Positions 18,064 through 26,862 are shown, counted from the first letter of the stretch. The stretch: 64,000 nucleotides of DNA from an uncultured Candidatus Saccharibacteria bacterium (GCA_964348725.1 CAYGDG010000003.1:30775-94774); one strand, 5' to 3'. Translations and numbers: made by a program. The notes: a model not told the origin generated them from the letters alone.

Positions 18064-18883
18064 CAGTTTTTGTTATTTGTATCCAATCTGTAAGCGTGAG
18101 TTCTTCCGCACGGGTATTTATGGGTATATCAGTGGGTAATTTCGCTATATTTTTCAGGTTTCCAGCCAGTATCTTGCGCTTATGTGCAAAGCCGGCGCGG
18201 ACAATAGTCCAAAATTTTTCTTCATCTACTGCTTTTTGCCCAAAAAGCTTGCGGTTTAGGTCTGTAATAGCTATAACCGCCGAATCCACCTTCGGCGCCG
18301 GGGAAAAATACCGCGCCGGCACTTTCATCACCATCTTCGGATTACCATATGCTTTGACCGATATGGAAAGGATGCTTTCTTTACCATCGTTCGCGATAAT
18401 TCTCTGCGCCACTTCCCTCTGTACGAGCAATACCATGCGCTCTGGCTGATTTTTTTCCGTCAAAAACTTTTTCAATATCGCGCCTGTGATGTTGTACGGT
18501 ATGTTTGCTATTACTTTATACCTCACCCCCTGCCCCCTCTCCTTATCAAGGAGAGGGGAAATTTCAAACTCCAAAATATCTTCATTTTTTAAAATTAATT
18601 TTTTATTTTGTATTTCATTCGCAAATTTTTCCTGCAAGTATTCAAAAAGCTCTGAATCTTTTTCCACGGCGATGACTGTCGCCCCTGCGCCAAGCAATTT
18701 TTCCGTCAGCGCACCCTTACCGGGGCCGATTTCAAGCACAATGTCTTTTGCATTCACTTCACCCGCCGAAATAATCGCGGTCAGCGCCGCTTGCGATTTC
18801 AAGAAATTCTGCCCGAGTGATTTTTTTGCTCTGTGTCCAGGCCCGGCCTGGACAGTAGATTTGGTTTTATATTTTTTCATCAT
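18056..18883 (-). CDS. rsmA: 16S rRNA (adenine1518/1519-N6)-dimethyltransferase RsmA/KsgA, carrying two in-frame palindromic repeat insertions
   Basis: GHRAKKSLGQNFL, VLEIGPGKGALT (SAM site), ANIPYNIT motifs; REP-A at 18834..18854 and hairpin repeat at 18520..18558 lie inside the ORF. Confidence 0.85.
   Translation of the reverse strand: MMKKYKTKSTVQAGPGHRAKKSLGQNFLKSQAALTAIISAGEVNAKDIVLEIGPGKGALTEKLLGAGATVIAVEKDSELFEYLQEKFANEIQNKKLILKNEDILEFEISPLLDKERGQGVRYKVIANIPYNITGAILKKFLTEKNQPERMVLLVQREVAQRIIANDGKESILSISVKAYGNPKMVMKVPARYFSPAPKVDSAVIAITDLNRKLFGQKAVDEEKFWTIVRAGFAHKRKILAGNLKNIAKLPTDIPINTRAEELTLTDWIQITKTVN
18520..18558 (-). repeat. 37-39 bp hairpin repeat family C (RPE-like), copy 1, in-frame inside rsmA
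   Basis: rc = CCCCTCTCCTTGATAAGGAGAGGGGGCAGGGGGTGAGGT; encodes SPLLDKERGQGVRY within KsgA. Confidence 0.7.
18834..18854. repeat. REP-A palindrome copy 1 (TGTCCAGGCCCGGCCTGGACA)
   Basis: Perfect 19-21 bp palindrome; 13 bp downstream of RAYT1 stop, inside rsmA N-terminal codons. Confidence 0.8.
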
Positions 18884-19526
18884 ACGTAAGCCAATTTTCT
18901 ATTTCTGCTTTTACTTCATCCGTATTTTGAAAATAATCCGGAAATGGGCTCTTTTCCAGGATCTTTTTCTCCGAGCGTTCCAGATTCAAATAATCCACAT
19001 AGCTTGAAAAATTAAATTTTTTCAAGTATTCTTTCGCGCCGGAAATATTTTTTAAGCCGGCTTCCTTCCATCGCGGCTCTATTATTTTGAGTGGATTGAG
19101 ATGAATATAAGCGTATAAGTATTTTAAATAATTGTCGTTTTCGACATGCTGCGATTTTGTTTTTCCCTGAAAAAGAGATCCGCTCCGGTCATATTTTTTG
19201 TTGAAATATGTGGAATAACTTGTGAGTAATTTTAAAAGAAACTGGCTTGCATCTTTCTCATTTTTGATCCGTACAAGAATATGAAAATGATTCGGCATTA
19301 GGCAATACGCCCCGATATCTACCAAACTCTCCCCTCTTTCCACTGTCCAGGCCCGGCCTGGACTTGTCTCAGCGTCAGAATATTTCGGCGATTCTTTGCC
19401 GTTGCATAAATAAAGTAGCTTATGAAATCGCGCATAATCTTTTTCATCCTTGAAAATCGTCATTTTATTTGTCCCACGATTATACAGATGATAATACTCC
19501 CCTTGGGCAAAAGGTATTTTCCTCAT
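18867..19526 (-). CDS. REP-associated tyrosine transposase / IS200-like Y1 HUH transposase (RAYT1)
   Basis: 219 aa; GEYYHLYNRG, HUH motif CLMPNHFHILV, catalytic Tyr region LLTSYSTYFNKKYDRSGSLFQG; flanked by REP-A. Confidence 0.75.
   Translation of the reverse strand: MRKIPFAQGEYYHLYNRGTNKMTIFKDEKDYARFHKLLYLCNGKESPKYSDAETSPGRAWTVERGESLVDIGAYCLMPNHFHILVRIKNEKDASQFLLKLLTSYSTYFNKKYDRSGSLFQGKTKSQHVENDNYLKYLYAYIHLNPLKIIEPRWKEAGLKNISGAKEYLKKFNFSSYVDYLNLERSEKKILEKSPFPDYFQNTDEVKAEIENWLTYDEKI
19345..19363. repeat. REP-A palindrome copy 2, in-frame inside RAYT1
   Basis: GTCCAGGCCCGGCCTGGAC; encodes SPGRAWT within the transposase. Confidence 0.8.
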
Positions 19527-19539
19527 CCTCCTATTATAC

Positions 19540-19560
19540 TGTCCAGGCCCGGCCTGGACA
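19540..19560. repeat. REP-A palindrome copy 3
   Basis: TGTCCAGGCCCGGCCTGGACA, 14 bp upstream of RAYT1 start. Confidence 0.8.
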
Positions 19561-19648
19561 AGGGTCTGTGATACTTGACTTTTTATTCTCTTGGGTGTAT
19601 AATCTAGAAAATACTGAAATGAACTACACTCTTTAAAAACACAAAACT

Positions 19649-20299
19649 ATGAAAAAACTTATGATCGTCCTCGCACCTTTGGTGATGTTGCTTGCTTCTT
19701 GCGGTATGTCACAGGAAGAAAAATTGCGGTATTCGGCAAAATCCGGCAATGCCGCGGAGGCGCTCTTTGGCGAATCCGCGATAACGCTTCCCACTGCGCT
19801 CAATCTGAACACAATTTCACCGGTAGATTCTTTCACCGTCCCGGCTCTCAAAAAGAGCTTTGATCCGAAAGAATTGATCAATGAGTCCGGCGGCATCGCG
19901 AACTTCTATATTTTTAGCAGTTTTCAAAAAATTCTGGACGATTTCAAGCCCGTGATGCTCGATACATATCCTATGAACATAAAAATATGGGAGACGGTGA
20001 AGAGCACTACTGATCTTGAAATTTTTGCTCAAATCAGGACCGAGCCGATGAGCGAAACGGAATTTGTGAAACTCTTCGTATATCTTATTTCCAAGCAGCC
20101 AAATGGCGAGCCGGGGAAATTGCTTACGAGCGGATACGCGAATATTTTCCATGTCCGCACAAGCTCCGGAGCGTCGGTCGCTCTCTACGCGGGCTGGGGC
20201 TCCGTCAGCGAGCGCTGGTATGTGCACGCGCGCGGCCTCGATTCTTGGGACGGTGGCGAACGCGTCTTTTCCCGGGGCAATGAGCCCTTGGATTCTTAA
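19649..20299 (+). CDS. Lipoprotein of unknown function
   Basis: 216 aa; lipobox MLLASCG; C-terminal ALYAGWGSVSERWYVHARGLDSWDGGERVFSRG duplicated downstream. Confidence 0.6.
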   Translation: MKKLMIVLAPLVMLLASCGMSQEEKLRYSAKSGNAAEALFGESAITLPTALNLNTISPVDSFTVPALKKSFDPKELINESGGIANFYIFSSFQKILDDFKPVMLDTYPMNIKIWETVKSTTDLEIFAQIRTEPMSETEFVKLFVYLISKQPNGEPGKLLTSGYANIFHVRTSSGASVALYAGWGSVSERWYVHARGLDSWDGGERVFSRGNEPLDS

Positions 20300-20347
20300 A
20301 CTCTTGGATTTTGGTTTTTAAAACTTAGATCCTTAGAAACTTATCAA

Positions 20348-20380
20348 ATGCCCTTGCAATTTTTGCAAGGGCATTTTCTA
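20348..20380 (+). terminator. Rho-independent terminator of lipoprotein gene
   Basis: ATGCCCTTGCAA-TTT-TTGCAAGGGCAT 12-bp stem followed by TTTCT. Confidence 0.7.
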
Positions 20381-20453
20381 TGAAATTTTGTATAATACAG
20401 TACACCAGACCTCATGATCGGACGGTCAAGACTTTCCGGCGGGAACGGCAGAA

Positions 20454-20745
20454 TTGAATTTCGAGAGCTTGGCCGGGTATGCCTTGCCGGGGAGTGGGAT
20501 TCATATTCCGAAACAAAAAATATTTTGCCCGTGGCGGGCGCTGGAGGATTTTAGATCCCAGATAAAATACAGCACGATCCCTGATATAAGTTATGCTTGG
20601 GTCGGCAGTGGCGCAGGTGGCGCTTGCCACACAGCGACGGTCGCTCTCTACGCGAACTGGAACTCCGACAACGAGCACTGGAATGTGAACGCGAACGACC
20701 TCGATTCTTGGAACGGAGGCAAACGCGTCTTTTCCCGATGCAGAT
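20454..20745 (+). pseudogene. Truncated paralog/remnant of lipoprotein gene 3' end (no in-frame stop before running antisense into pcrA)
   Basis: ~125 bp direct repeat of 20160..20290 at 20620..20745 (~80% identity); encodes ATVALYANWNSDNEHWNVNANDLDSWNGGKRVFSRC; preceded by extended -10 TGTATAAT at ~20389..20396. Confidence 0.4.
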
Positions 20746-20784
20746 CATTTTTTCCCGCCAGCAAAAGCCGGCGGGATTTTTTTT

Positions 20785-20803
20785 GTCCAGGCCCGGCCTG
20801 GAC
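20785..20803. repeat. REP-A palindrome copy 4
   Basis: GTCCAGGCCCGGCCTGGAC immediately after CCCGCC...GGCGGG hairpin; overlaps pcrA stop codon by 1 nt. Confidence 0.8.
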
Positions 20804-22812
20804 TAGATGTAAATGGTTTTTATGCCGCTGTCTTCCCCTTCTTTCTCCAAAATATCCGCTGGAATATCCTGTAAGAATTCACTCGGCGCATTTATCTGGC
20901 GGGAGCCGAAGATGGTGCGGAAGTTCGCGAATGACAAATGCAGTTTTTTCTTGGCGCGGGTGAGGGCCACATAAAACAGGCGGCGTTCTTCCTCGGCATC
21001 TTCGGCGCTTTTTCTGTCGCCGTCTCTTCTGTGCGGGAACAATCCGTCTTCTAATCCGGTGATGAATACGGTGCCGAATTCCAAGCCCTTTGAAGCGTGC
21101 ACGGTCATCAGGCGCACGGCGTTTTTGTTTTCTTTCTTGGTTTCCGTAATCATCATGGAGTCCTGATCGCTGGCGAGTGATGCATCCTCTAAAAGTTTTT
21201 CCACGCCCGCCCCGGCGGGTAAACCGGCACTGCCTTCCAGGTTGTCATATTTTAAGGCGAGCGTGGCGAGCTCTTTGATGTTCTCCAATCGCTCCACATC
21301 TTCATCCGTGCCGTTTTTCAATTCTTCTTCAATGCCCGAGCGCTTCACGGTGAAACGAATTACTTCGCTTGTTTTTGCCGTCTGGATTTTTTCTTGTATT
21401 TCTTCAAGTGTTTTGTAGAAATTTTGAATTTTGAGTTGCATCTTTATCGGCAGTTCTGCTTTTTGTCCGCTGAAAAGTTTTGCCATCGTCGTCTTGCCGA
21501 TACCACGTGCCGGAAAATTGATGATGCGCTTGATATCCGACAGGCTTTCCGGATTCAAAGCCGCGCGGAGGTATGCCAGGGTATCCTTGATTTCCTTGCG
21601 CTCAAAGAATTTTACGCCGAGCACTTGGTATGGGATGTTGTAGCGGAGGAGTGCTTCTTCCAATGCGCGGGATTGGTAGTTTGCTCTATATAGTACCGCG
21701 ATGTCGGCGAAAGAGTTTTTCTCAGTCGCTCGGTTCTCCTCGCTGTCGCTCGGCCACTCCTTCAAAAAATCTCTTTCACCGACATCGCAGATTTCCAAAA
21801 TTTTCGTCGCCACGAATTCCGCTTCCTCGCCTTCGCTCAACGCTTCATATAATCCGATCTTCTCCCCCGCCGCATTCTTAGTAAAAAGATTCTTGTCCGG
21901 GCGGAATTTATTTTTCTTGATCACATTGTTCGCCGCTTCCAAAATATTCTGCGTGGAGCGGTAATTTTCCTCAAGCAACACTATCTTTGCATTCGGGTAA
22001 TCTTTTTCAAATGATAAAATATTTTTCAAATTTGCCCCGCGCCAGGAATAAATATTCTGGTCAGCATCACCCACTGCTGTAATATTTTTATGCTTCTCCG
22101 ATAGCAGGCGTGTCAGCATATATTGCACCTCATTCGTGTCCTGATACTCGTCTATATGAATGTACTGCCAGCGGTCTTGGTATATCTGGCGTATTCCCTC
22201 ATTCTCTTTTAAAAGCCGCGTCGCTTTCAAGAGCAAGTCATCAAAATCCAGCGAATTTTCTTTCGCTTTTTTCTTTTCGTATGACTGCCATACCTGTGCC
22301 ACGATTTTGGAAAGATAGTCGCTCGCATTTTCAGCATAGACAGCCATATCCGTGAATTTTCCTTTCTCGCGGCTGATGATATTCCGTATCTTTTTCGGTT
22401 CGTATTGCTTTGGGTCCAAGCCGATTTCTTTTAAAGATTCTTTTACCATGGACGCGGTATCTCCCTCATCCAATATCGTAAAATATTTTGTCAGTCCCAA
22501 AGCGCGCGCATTTTCTTTAATAATAAAAACTCCGAGCGAGTGAAAAGTGGAGACGAACGGCACGGTACTCTGCCCCTTGGCATTTTTTTCAATTTCAGCG
22601 ATGACGCGCTCACGCATTTCTTTGGCCGCTTTGTTTGTGAAAGTGACGGCCAAAATATTCTCCGGCGCGATGCCCTGCTTGATGAGGTTCACGATTCTGT
22701 GAGTTATTGTTTTCGTCTTCCCCGCGCCCGCACCAGCCACGATAAGAAGCGGCCCGTCTTTATGCTGGGCCGCTTCTTTTTGTGCGTCATTTAAGCCGTG
22801 GAGGTGTTCCAT
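20803..22812 (-). CDS. pcrA: ATP-dependent DNA helicase PcrA/UvrD family
   Basis: 669 aa; Walker A AGAGAGKTKT, motifs TFTNKAAKEM, DEYQDTN, VGDADQNIYSWRGA, VHASKGLEF. Confidence 0.85.
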   Translation of the reverse strand: MEHLHGLNDAQKEAAQHKDGPLLIVAGAGAGKTKTITHRIVNLIKQGIAPENILAVTFTNKAAKEMRERVIAEIEKNAKGQSTVPFVSTFHSLGVFIIKENARALGLTKYFTILDEGDTASMVKESLKEIGLDPKQYEPKKIRNIISREKGKFTDMAVYAENASDYLSKIVAQVWQSYEKKKAKENSLDFDDLLLKATRLLKENEGIRQIYQDRWQYIHIDEYQDTNEVQYMLTRLLSEKHKNITAVGDADQNIYSWRGANLKNILSFEKDYPNAKIVLLEENYRSTQNILEAANNVIKKNKFRPDKNLFTKNAAGEKIGLYEALSEGEEAEFVATKILEICDVGERDFLKEWPSDSEENRATEKNSFADIAVLYRANYQSRALEEALLRYNIPYQVLGVKFFERKEIKDTLAYLRAALNPESLSDIKRIINFPARGIGKTTMAKLFSGQKAELPIKMQLKIQNFYKTLEEIQEKIQTAKTSEVIRFTVKRSGIEEELKNGTDEDVERLENIKELATLALKYDNLEGSAGLPAGAGVEKLLEDASLASDQDSMMITETKKENKNAVRLMTVHASKGLEFGTVFITGLEDGLFPHRRDGDRKSAEDAEEERRLFYVALTRAKKKLHLSFANFRTIFGSRQINAPSEFLQDIPADILEKEGEDSGIKTIYI

Positions 22813-22837
22813 GAGAACACTATAGCATAAAAATATT

Positions 22838-23128
22838 TTACTGAGCCGCCACTGCTTCTTTTTTAAGATTTTCCGTTTCTTCAGCTGCTATCTGTGAGAA
22901 AGCAGGCACTTTTTCCATGAAAAAATCGAGCACTGCTTCCGGTGATGCGTCGCTGTCCATCAGCTTGTCGTATTCGGACATTGTATTCTCGTCGAAGAGC
23001 GGAAGGATGCGCAGGAGCACTGCCTGGAAAATTATCTTTCCGAGACGGGCCAGCATTTCTTCCTGCTCGGCTTCTGGAAGATCGTTTATCTTGAATACTT
23101 CTACGATGTTTTGTTTTATTGGGTTCAT
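22838..23128 (-). CDS. Small acidic hypothetical protein
   Basis: 96 aa ORF, compact spacing with neighbours. Confidence 0.35.
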   Translation of the reverse strand: MNPIKQNIVEVFKINDLPEAEQEEMLARLGKIIFQAVLLRILPLFDENTMSEYDKLMDSDASPEAVLDFFMEKVPAFSQIAAEETENLKKEAVAAQ

Positions 23129-23151
23129 GATGTGATTATGATTATTAATTT

Positions 23152-25434
23152 TTAATGATCCAATTTATATTTAAGAAGTCGGTTGTAAAAAGTGTCCCAT
23201 GACTCATTGTGCTGGTCCAAAGGTATGATGCCACTTTCCTTCGACATTTCTTTGAGTTGTGCCACGAAGTCTCCCGCTCCTTCTGGTGTCTTGAAACCAG
23301 CTTCGAATATGTAGCTCGCTCGGTAATCCTTGATCTGATTCCATGTATCAGTCTCTATACCCGGAACAAATACCACGCCTGTTTCTCCGAATTCCAGATT
23401 AAGGAGCGTGTCATGGGCTTCCACCAGTGCTTTTTCAGGAGTGAGGTAGCCGGTCGCTACGTCATGCTTTATTATCGCCAAAGCGTCTTCGGGCTTCAGG
23501 TGCCACAATAGGTTTCCGATATGTAGAACGTCATGCGTGATGGGAACTCTTTCCGCGAAGGCATGCAGGTCTTCTTTTCCATCCCAGCCCATGAGCTTTG
23601 CCGCATTACTATCTCCCTCGATCATTTTTTGGATGCTATCTTCCGTCCGTTCGTAAGAACCCGAAATATATTCGGTGGTGACCGGCTTCACTTCCGCCGT
23701 GCTTCCTTCGGCTCCAGCTGGAGCAATTACTGGATGACCGTCGTGCGGCAAGTTCGATGCGCTCGGAGCATGTTCCGCGCTGGTGCTTGCGCCGCCAGCA
23801 GCAGGAGTTCCCTGCGAATGATCCGAGTCAAACATCTTTCCGTGGTATTTTTCTACGGTCTCTCCGGTCGGAGTTCCGTGTATCAGGATCTGGTCGCCGC
23901 CGGCCCGCACGTCGTCGAGCTTCAGGTTGCCCTGGGCGTCAAAGCCGAGATGGGAACCCCTGAGCAACATCGCGCTTTCCGCGCCGTTCGGATTGTTCGG
24001 ATCGAATCCTCCGAGCTCTATGGAAAGCTTCACGTTATCGGTCTTCATAAATTCCTGCACGCTGTGCGGCGCTTTTGAAAAATCATTGCCATAATCATGG
24101 CGCAGCTTTTCTTTGAGGTCTGCAAGGGTCTGAATGAATCCGCGAGAGCTGACTTCAACGCTTTCCTTGAAATCTCCGGAGATATTTTTATCTGAGCCTG
24201 GGAAGTTATGATCTTTGCCCCAGCCCGCAGTTTCCTGTTCTTTGAACGGCACCCCTTGGCCCGCTTCAGATCCGCCTGTACCTCCGCCAGGTATAGGCTT
24301 TGCAGCTGCGTCTTTATCCGCAAAGTCCGCGGCGTGTTCACTGACTGCCGCTACGGTTCCTACGGCTACGCCTAAGGAAAGTACAGCGCCGAGGACTTTC
24401 TTGATCTTCTTTATCTGGCTGGTGTTCTTTACGATCTTGTCGTATTCCTTTTCCATCCATGGAATATTTTCCATCAGCTTGTCCGGATCATAATGCTCTT
24501 TCAAATGCTTCAGTTTCTTTTCATTAGCTTGCAGCGCTCGTTCGGTGAAATAGTCCAAGCTGAGCTTGGATAATCCTCCGAGTCCTCCGACTGCCGCTGC
24601 GGCCCAGCCGCCGGCCATGAAAGAAAGGCCCAAGCCGCCGGCCATAAGCAGGCCGCTCATGACCTTCTGCGTCTTCGGAGAGAATTTCAGTTTTGTCATG
24701 GCGGTGTTCACGCCTGTCGCTATTCCCATCCGCCACAAGAGCTTGCTGCCGATGTTTTGCGTTCCCCCATATCCTAAAGCGCCGGCCGTGAGATACGTGG
24801 CTGCACCCACCAGTCCGGCGGTGACGGCGAATTTGCCCGCTTTGGTCCAGGCATTGTTGTCGAGTCCATCCCATTTCTCTCTGAATTTCTTAAAATGTTT
24901 TCCAAGGCCGGAAGCTTCCGCTTTTGCGAGCTGCTCGGCATCTTTGCGCTCCAGGAATTTCTTCATGGTTTCGCGGGTCTCGGCGGCCGTTTCTTCGGAA
25001 GCCTCAGGGCCATTCTTGAAATCTTCGTAAAATTTCTGATGCATCTCTTCTATTCTGTGCTGATTGCCGGAGAGGAGGACTTCCACCATTTCTTTTTCTT
25101 CCGGCTTCTCCTTTGTGCCAGCCTCTTCTGCTTCTGGGGTAGTGTCTTCTTTGACATCCTCAGTCTCGCCAGTAAGTACCGTCTCTATGTCAGACGTATC
25201 TGTTTCAGGATCTTTTTCTTTTTTGCCGCCGAAGAGTTTTTTGAAAAAGCCGGGGGTGGCTTCGTCTTTGGTGTTTTTTACTATTTTCTTGAATGCCGCT
25301 CCATAGGTCTCCGGATTTTCCTCGGGAATAACGCCCAATTTTCCCGCTGCTTCCAGGGCGGTCATGCTACCTGATTTGGCTTTTAATTTTTCCGCCAGAG
25401 ATTGAACTTTATTCGGATCTATTCCTTCTTTCAT
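23152..25434 (-). CDS. Large hypothetical protein: charged coiled-coil N-region, Gly-rich TM region, C-terminal GWDG-motif domain
   Basis: 760 aa; TM cluster AVTAGLVGAATYLTAGALGYGG...GLLMAGGLGLSFMAGGWAAAAVGGLGGL; C-terminal AAKLMGWDGKEDLHAFA resembles C-domain of 12740..14149 product. Confidence 0.5.
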   Translation of the reverse strand: MKEGIDPNKVQSLAEKLKAKSGSMTALEAAGKLGVIPEENPETYGAAFKKIVKNTKDEATPGFFKKLFGGKKEKDPETDTSDIETVLTGETEDVKEDTTPEAEEAGTKEKPEEKEMVEVLLSGNQHRIEEMHQKFYEDFKNGPEASEETAAETRETMKKFLERKDAEQLAKAEASGLGKHFKKFREKWDGLDNNAWTKAGKFAVTAGLVGAATYLTAGALGYGGTQNIGSKLLWRMGIATGVNTAMTKLKFSPKTQKVMSGLLMAGGLGLSFMAGGWAAAAVGGLGGLSKLSLDYFTERALQANEKKLKHLKEHYDPDKLMENIPWMEKEYDKIVKNTSQIKKIKKVLGAVLSLGVAVGTVAAVSEHAADFADKDAAAKPIPGGGTGGSEAGQGVPFKEQETAGWGKDHNFPGSDKNISGDFKESVEVSSRGFIQTLADLKEKLRHDYGNDFSKAPHSVQEFMKTDNVKLSIELGGFDPNNPNGAESAMLLRGSHLGFDAQGNLKLDDVRAGGDQILIHGTPTGETVEKYHGKMFDSDHSQGTPAAGGASTSAEHAPSASNLPHDGHPVIAPAGAEGSTAEVKPVTTEYISGSYERTEDSIQKMIEGDSNAAKLMGWDGKEDLHAFAERVPITHDVLHIGNLLWHLKPEDALAIIKHDVATGYLTPEKALVEAHDTLLNLEFGETGVVFVPGIETDTWNQIKDYRASYIFEAGFKTPEGAGDFVAQLKEMSKESGIIPLDQHNESWDTFYNRLLKYKLDH

Positions 25435-25502
25435 ATATGTTTGATTGTATCAACTAAATACGTTATTTAATAACCTATTTTTACATTATACACCCAAAAG
25501 CT

Positions 25503-26855
25503 TTACTTGTCAATACTTACCTTTCCTTTCTGCGCCAAGAACTTTTCTCGTTCGGCATCCAGATCTCTGACGAAGCCGGCCATGTTTTTTTCCGAGTTTA
25601 TCTTCCCCCAGTCAGCTTTTTTGAACTTGCCGTCTTCTGGCATAATGAAGAAGAGCATGCTCCCCATACCTCGATACTGATCCCAGATGTATTGGATCTG
25701 ATCGTCGAACATGTTTGTGCAGCCCCAGCTGACTCGCCTGTCCTTCGGATCCTTGCTCATCATCGCTTTTTCTCGTCGTTCCTGCTCTGTTTTGTATATG
25801 GAGTGTATGGACATGCGGTATGCTAGTTTATTTTCTTGGCCGGGGAGTGGTTTCAAGTCATAGCCGAAAATACGGAAGAGGTCCTTGCCATATTCTTCGG
25901 CTGTCTCGTGTTCGTTGCGGATAGTGCTGAGCGTGTATGCGCCCGCGCCGGTCTTGTGTCCGTCGTTCTCATCGCCGACCTCCGTGCCGATGCCCACATT
26001 GTCCGCGCGTACAAATCTGCCGTTCCCGTCATATGTCTCCACTTCCGCTTTTTGTTTGTTCAATATCATCACCGTCTTCCCTTTCACAAAAGGCAGATTC
26101 AGGAAATATTCCCGTGCCGCTTCCATGGATTCAGGGTCCATAGCCTGTTGTTCTGTTTTCTGCCTGAAAGCATCTTGTATCTTCTCAGCATTGTATGCCA
26201 GGACGCCTATGCCTATGGCGACCGGTATGCCAATGCGCATGAGATATTTGCGCAGCTCCGGATCCATCGCGCTCTTGTCTTTTACCTTCACGATCTTTTC
26301 CTTGATATATTTTATTTTCGGAGCTTTCACTTTCTTTCCCTTCACGGATACTTCCGGGCCTACGGCATCTTCTATGATCTGCTGTATGTCCGGCGGCATA
26401 CTCTCAGTCATGACTTGTATGCTAAAGTCCGCGAGATCCTGTTCATCAAGTTCTATACCGATTTCTCTGGCCATTTTCTTCACCGCTTGCGCGCGCTTCT
26501 CTCCAGCAGGGAATTTCATCGCTTCGCTTAAAATTTTCTCCGCCACGCTGCCCCAATCTTCTTCAGGGCTGCCCATCTCTTCTTGTATCAGTTCTCGTGT
26601 TTCCATGTGCTGCTCCGGTGAGCCAAGCTGCTCGAGCATGGTGTCCACGATCCTGTTCACTTCATTTTCTTTTTCCTGGCCGGAGAGGTGGCCGGTCATG
26701 CTTTCCGCGCGCAAAAGAAGCTCGGCTGCGAGATTGTTCCAGTCGTATATATTTTCAAAAGTATTCTCTTTGTTTCGTTCCATAAGCATCAAAATTATAC
26801 CATTAAATAAAAAAAATGGTCTTCTTATAAAGAAGACCATAATGATCGCAAACAT
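25503..26855 (-). CDS. Hypothetical membrane-anchored protein; weak L,D-transpeptidase-like SWGC motif near C-terminus
   Basis: 450 aa; N-terminal TM; ...RRVSWGCTNMFDDQIQYIW (low-confidence similarity to YkuD SHGCIR motif). Confidence 0.45.
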   Translation of the reverse strand: MFAIIMVFFIRRPFFLFNGIILMLMERNKENTFENIYDWNNLAAELLLRAESMTGHLSGQEKENEVNRIVDTMLEQLGSPEQHMETRELIQEEMGSPEEDWGSVAEKILSEAMKFPAGEKRAQAVKKMAREIGIELDEQDLADFSIQVMTESMPPDIQQIIEDAVGPEVSVKGKKVKAPKIKYIKEKIVKVKDKSAMDPELRKYLMRIGIPVAIGIGVLAYNAEKIQDAFRQKTEQQAMDPESMEAAREYFLNLPFVKGKTVMILNKQKAEVETYDGNGRFVRADNVGIGTEVGDENDGHKTGAGAYTLSTIRNEHETAEEYGKDLFRIFGYDLKPLPGQENKLAYRMSIHSIYKTEQERREKAMMSKDPKDRRVSWGCTNMFDDQIQYIWDQYRGMGSMLFFIMPEDGKFKKADWGKINSEKNMAGFVRDLDAEREKFLAQKGKVSIDK

Positions 26856-26862
26856 CTTACGG

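Larger units (their letters stand above)
18834..19560 (-). mobile_element. REP-RAYT-REP unit / IS200-like minimal element (RAYT1 with flanking REP-A palindromes)
   Basis: Y1 HUH transposase gene 18867..19526 flanked at 13-14 bp on both sides by identical palindromes. Confidence 0.6.

Noticed and set aside
18834-20803. CRISPR array formed by the repeated 19-bp palindrome
   Set aside because: Copies are irregularly spaced (511, 197, 1245 bp), lie inside genes, and are perfect palindromes; no cas genes; fits REP elements instead.
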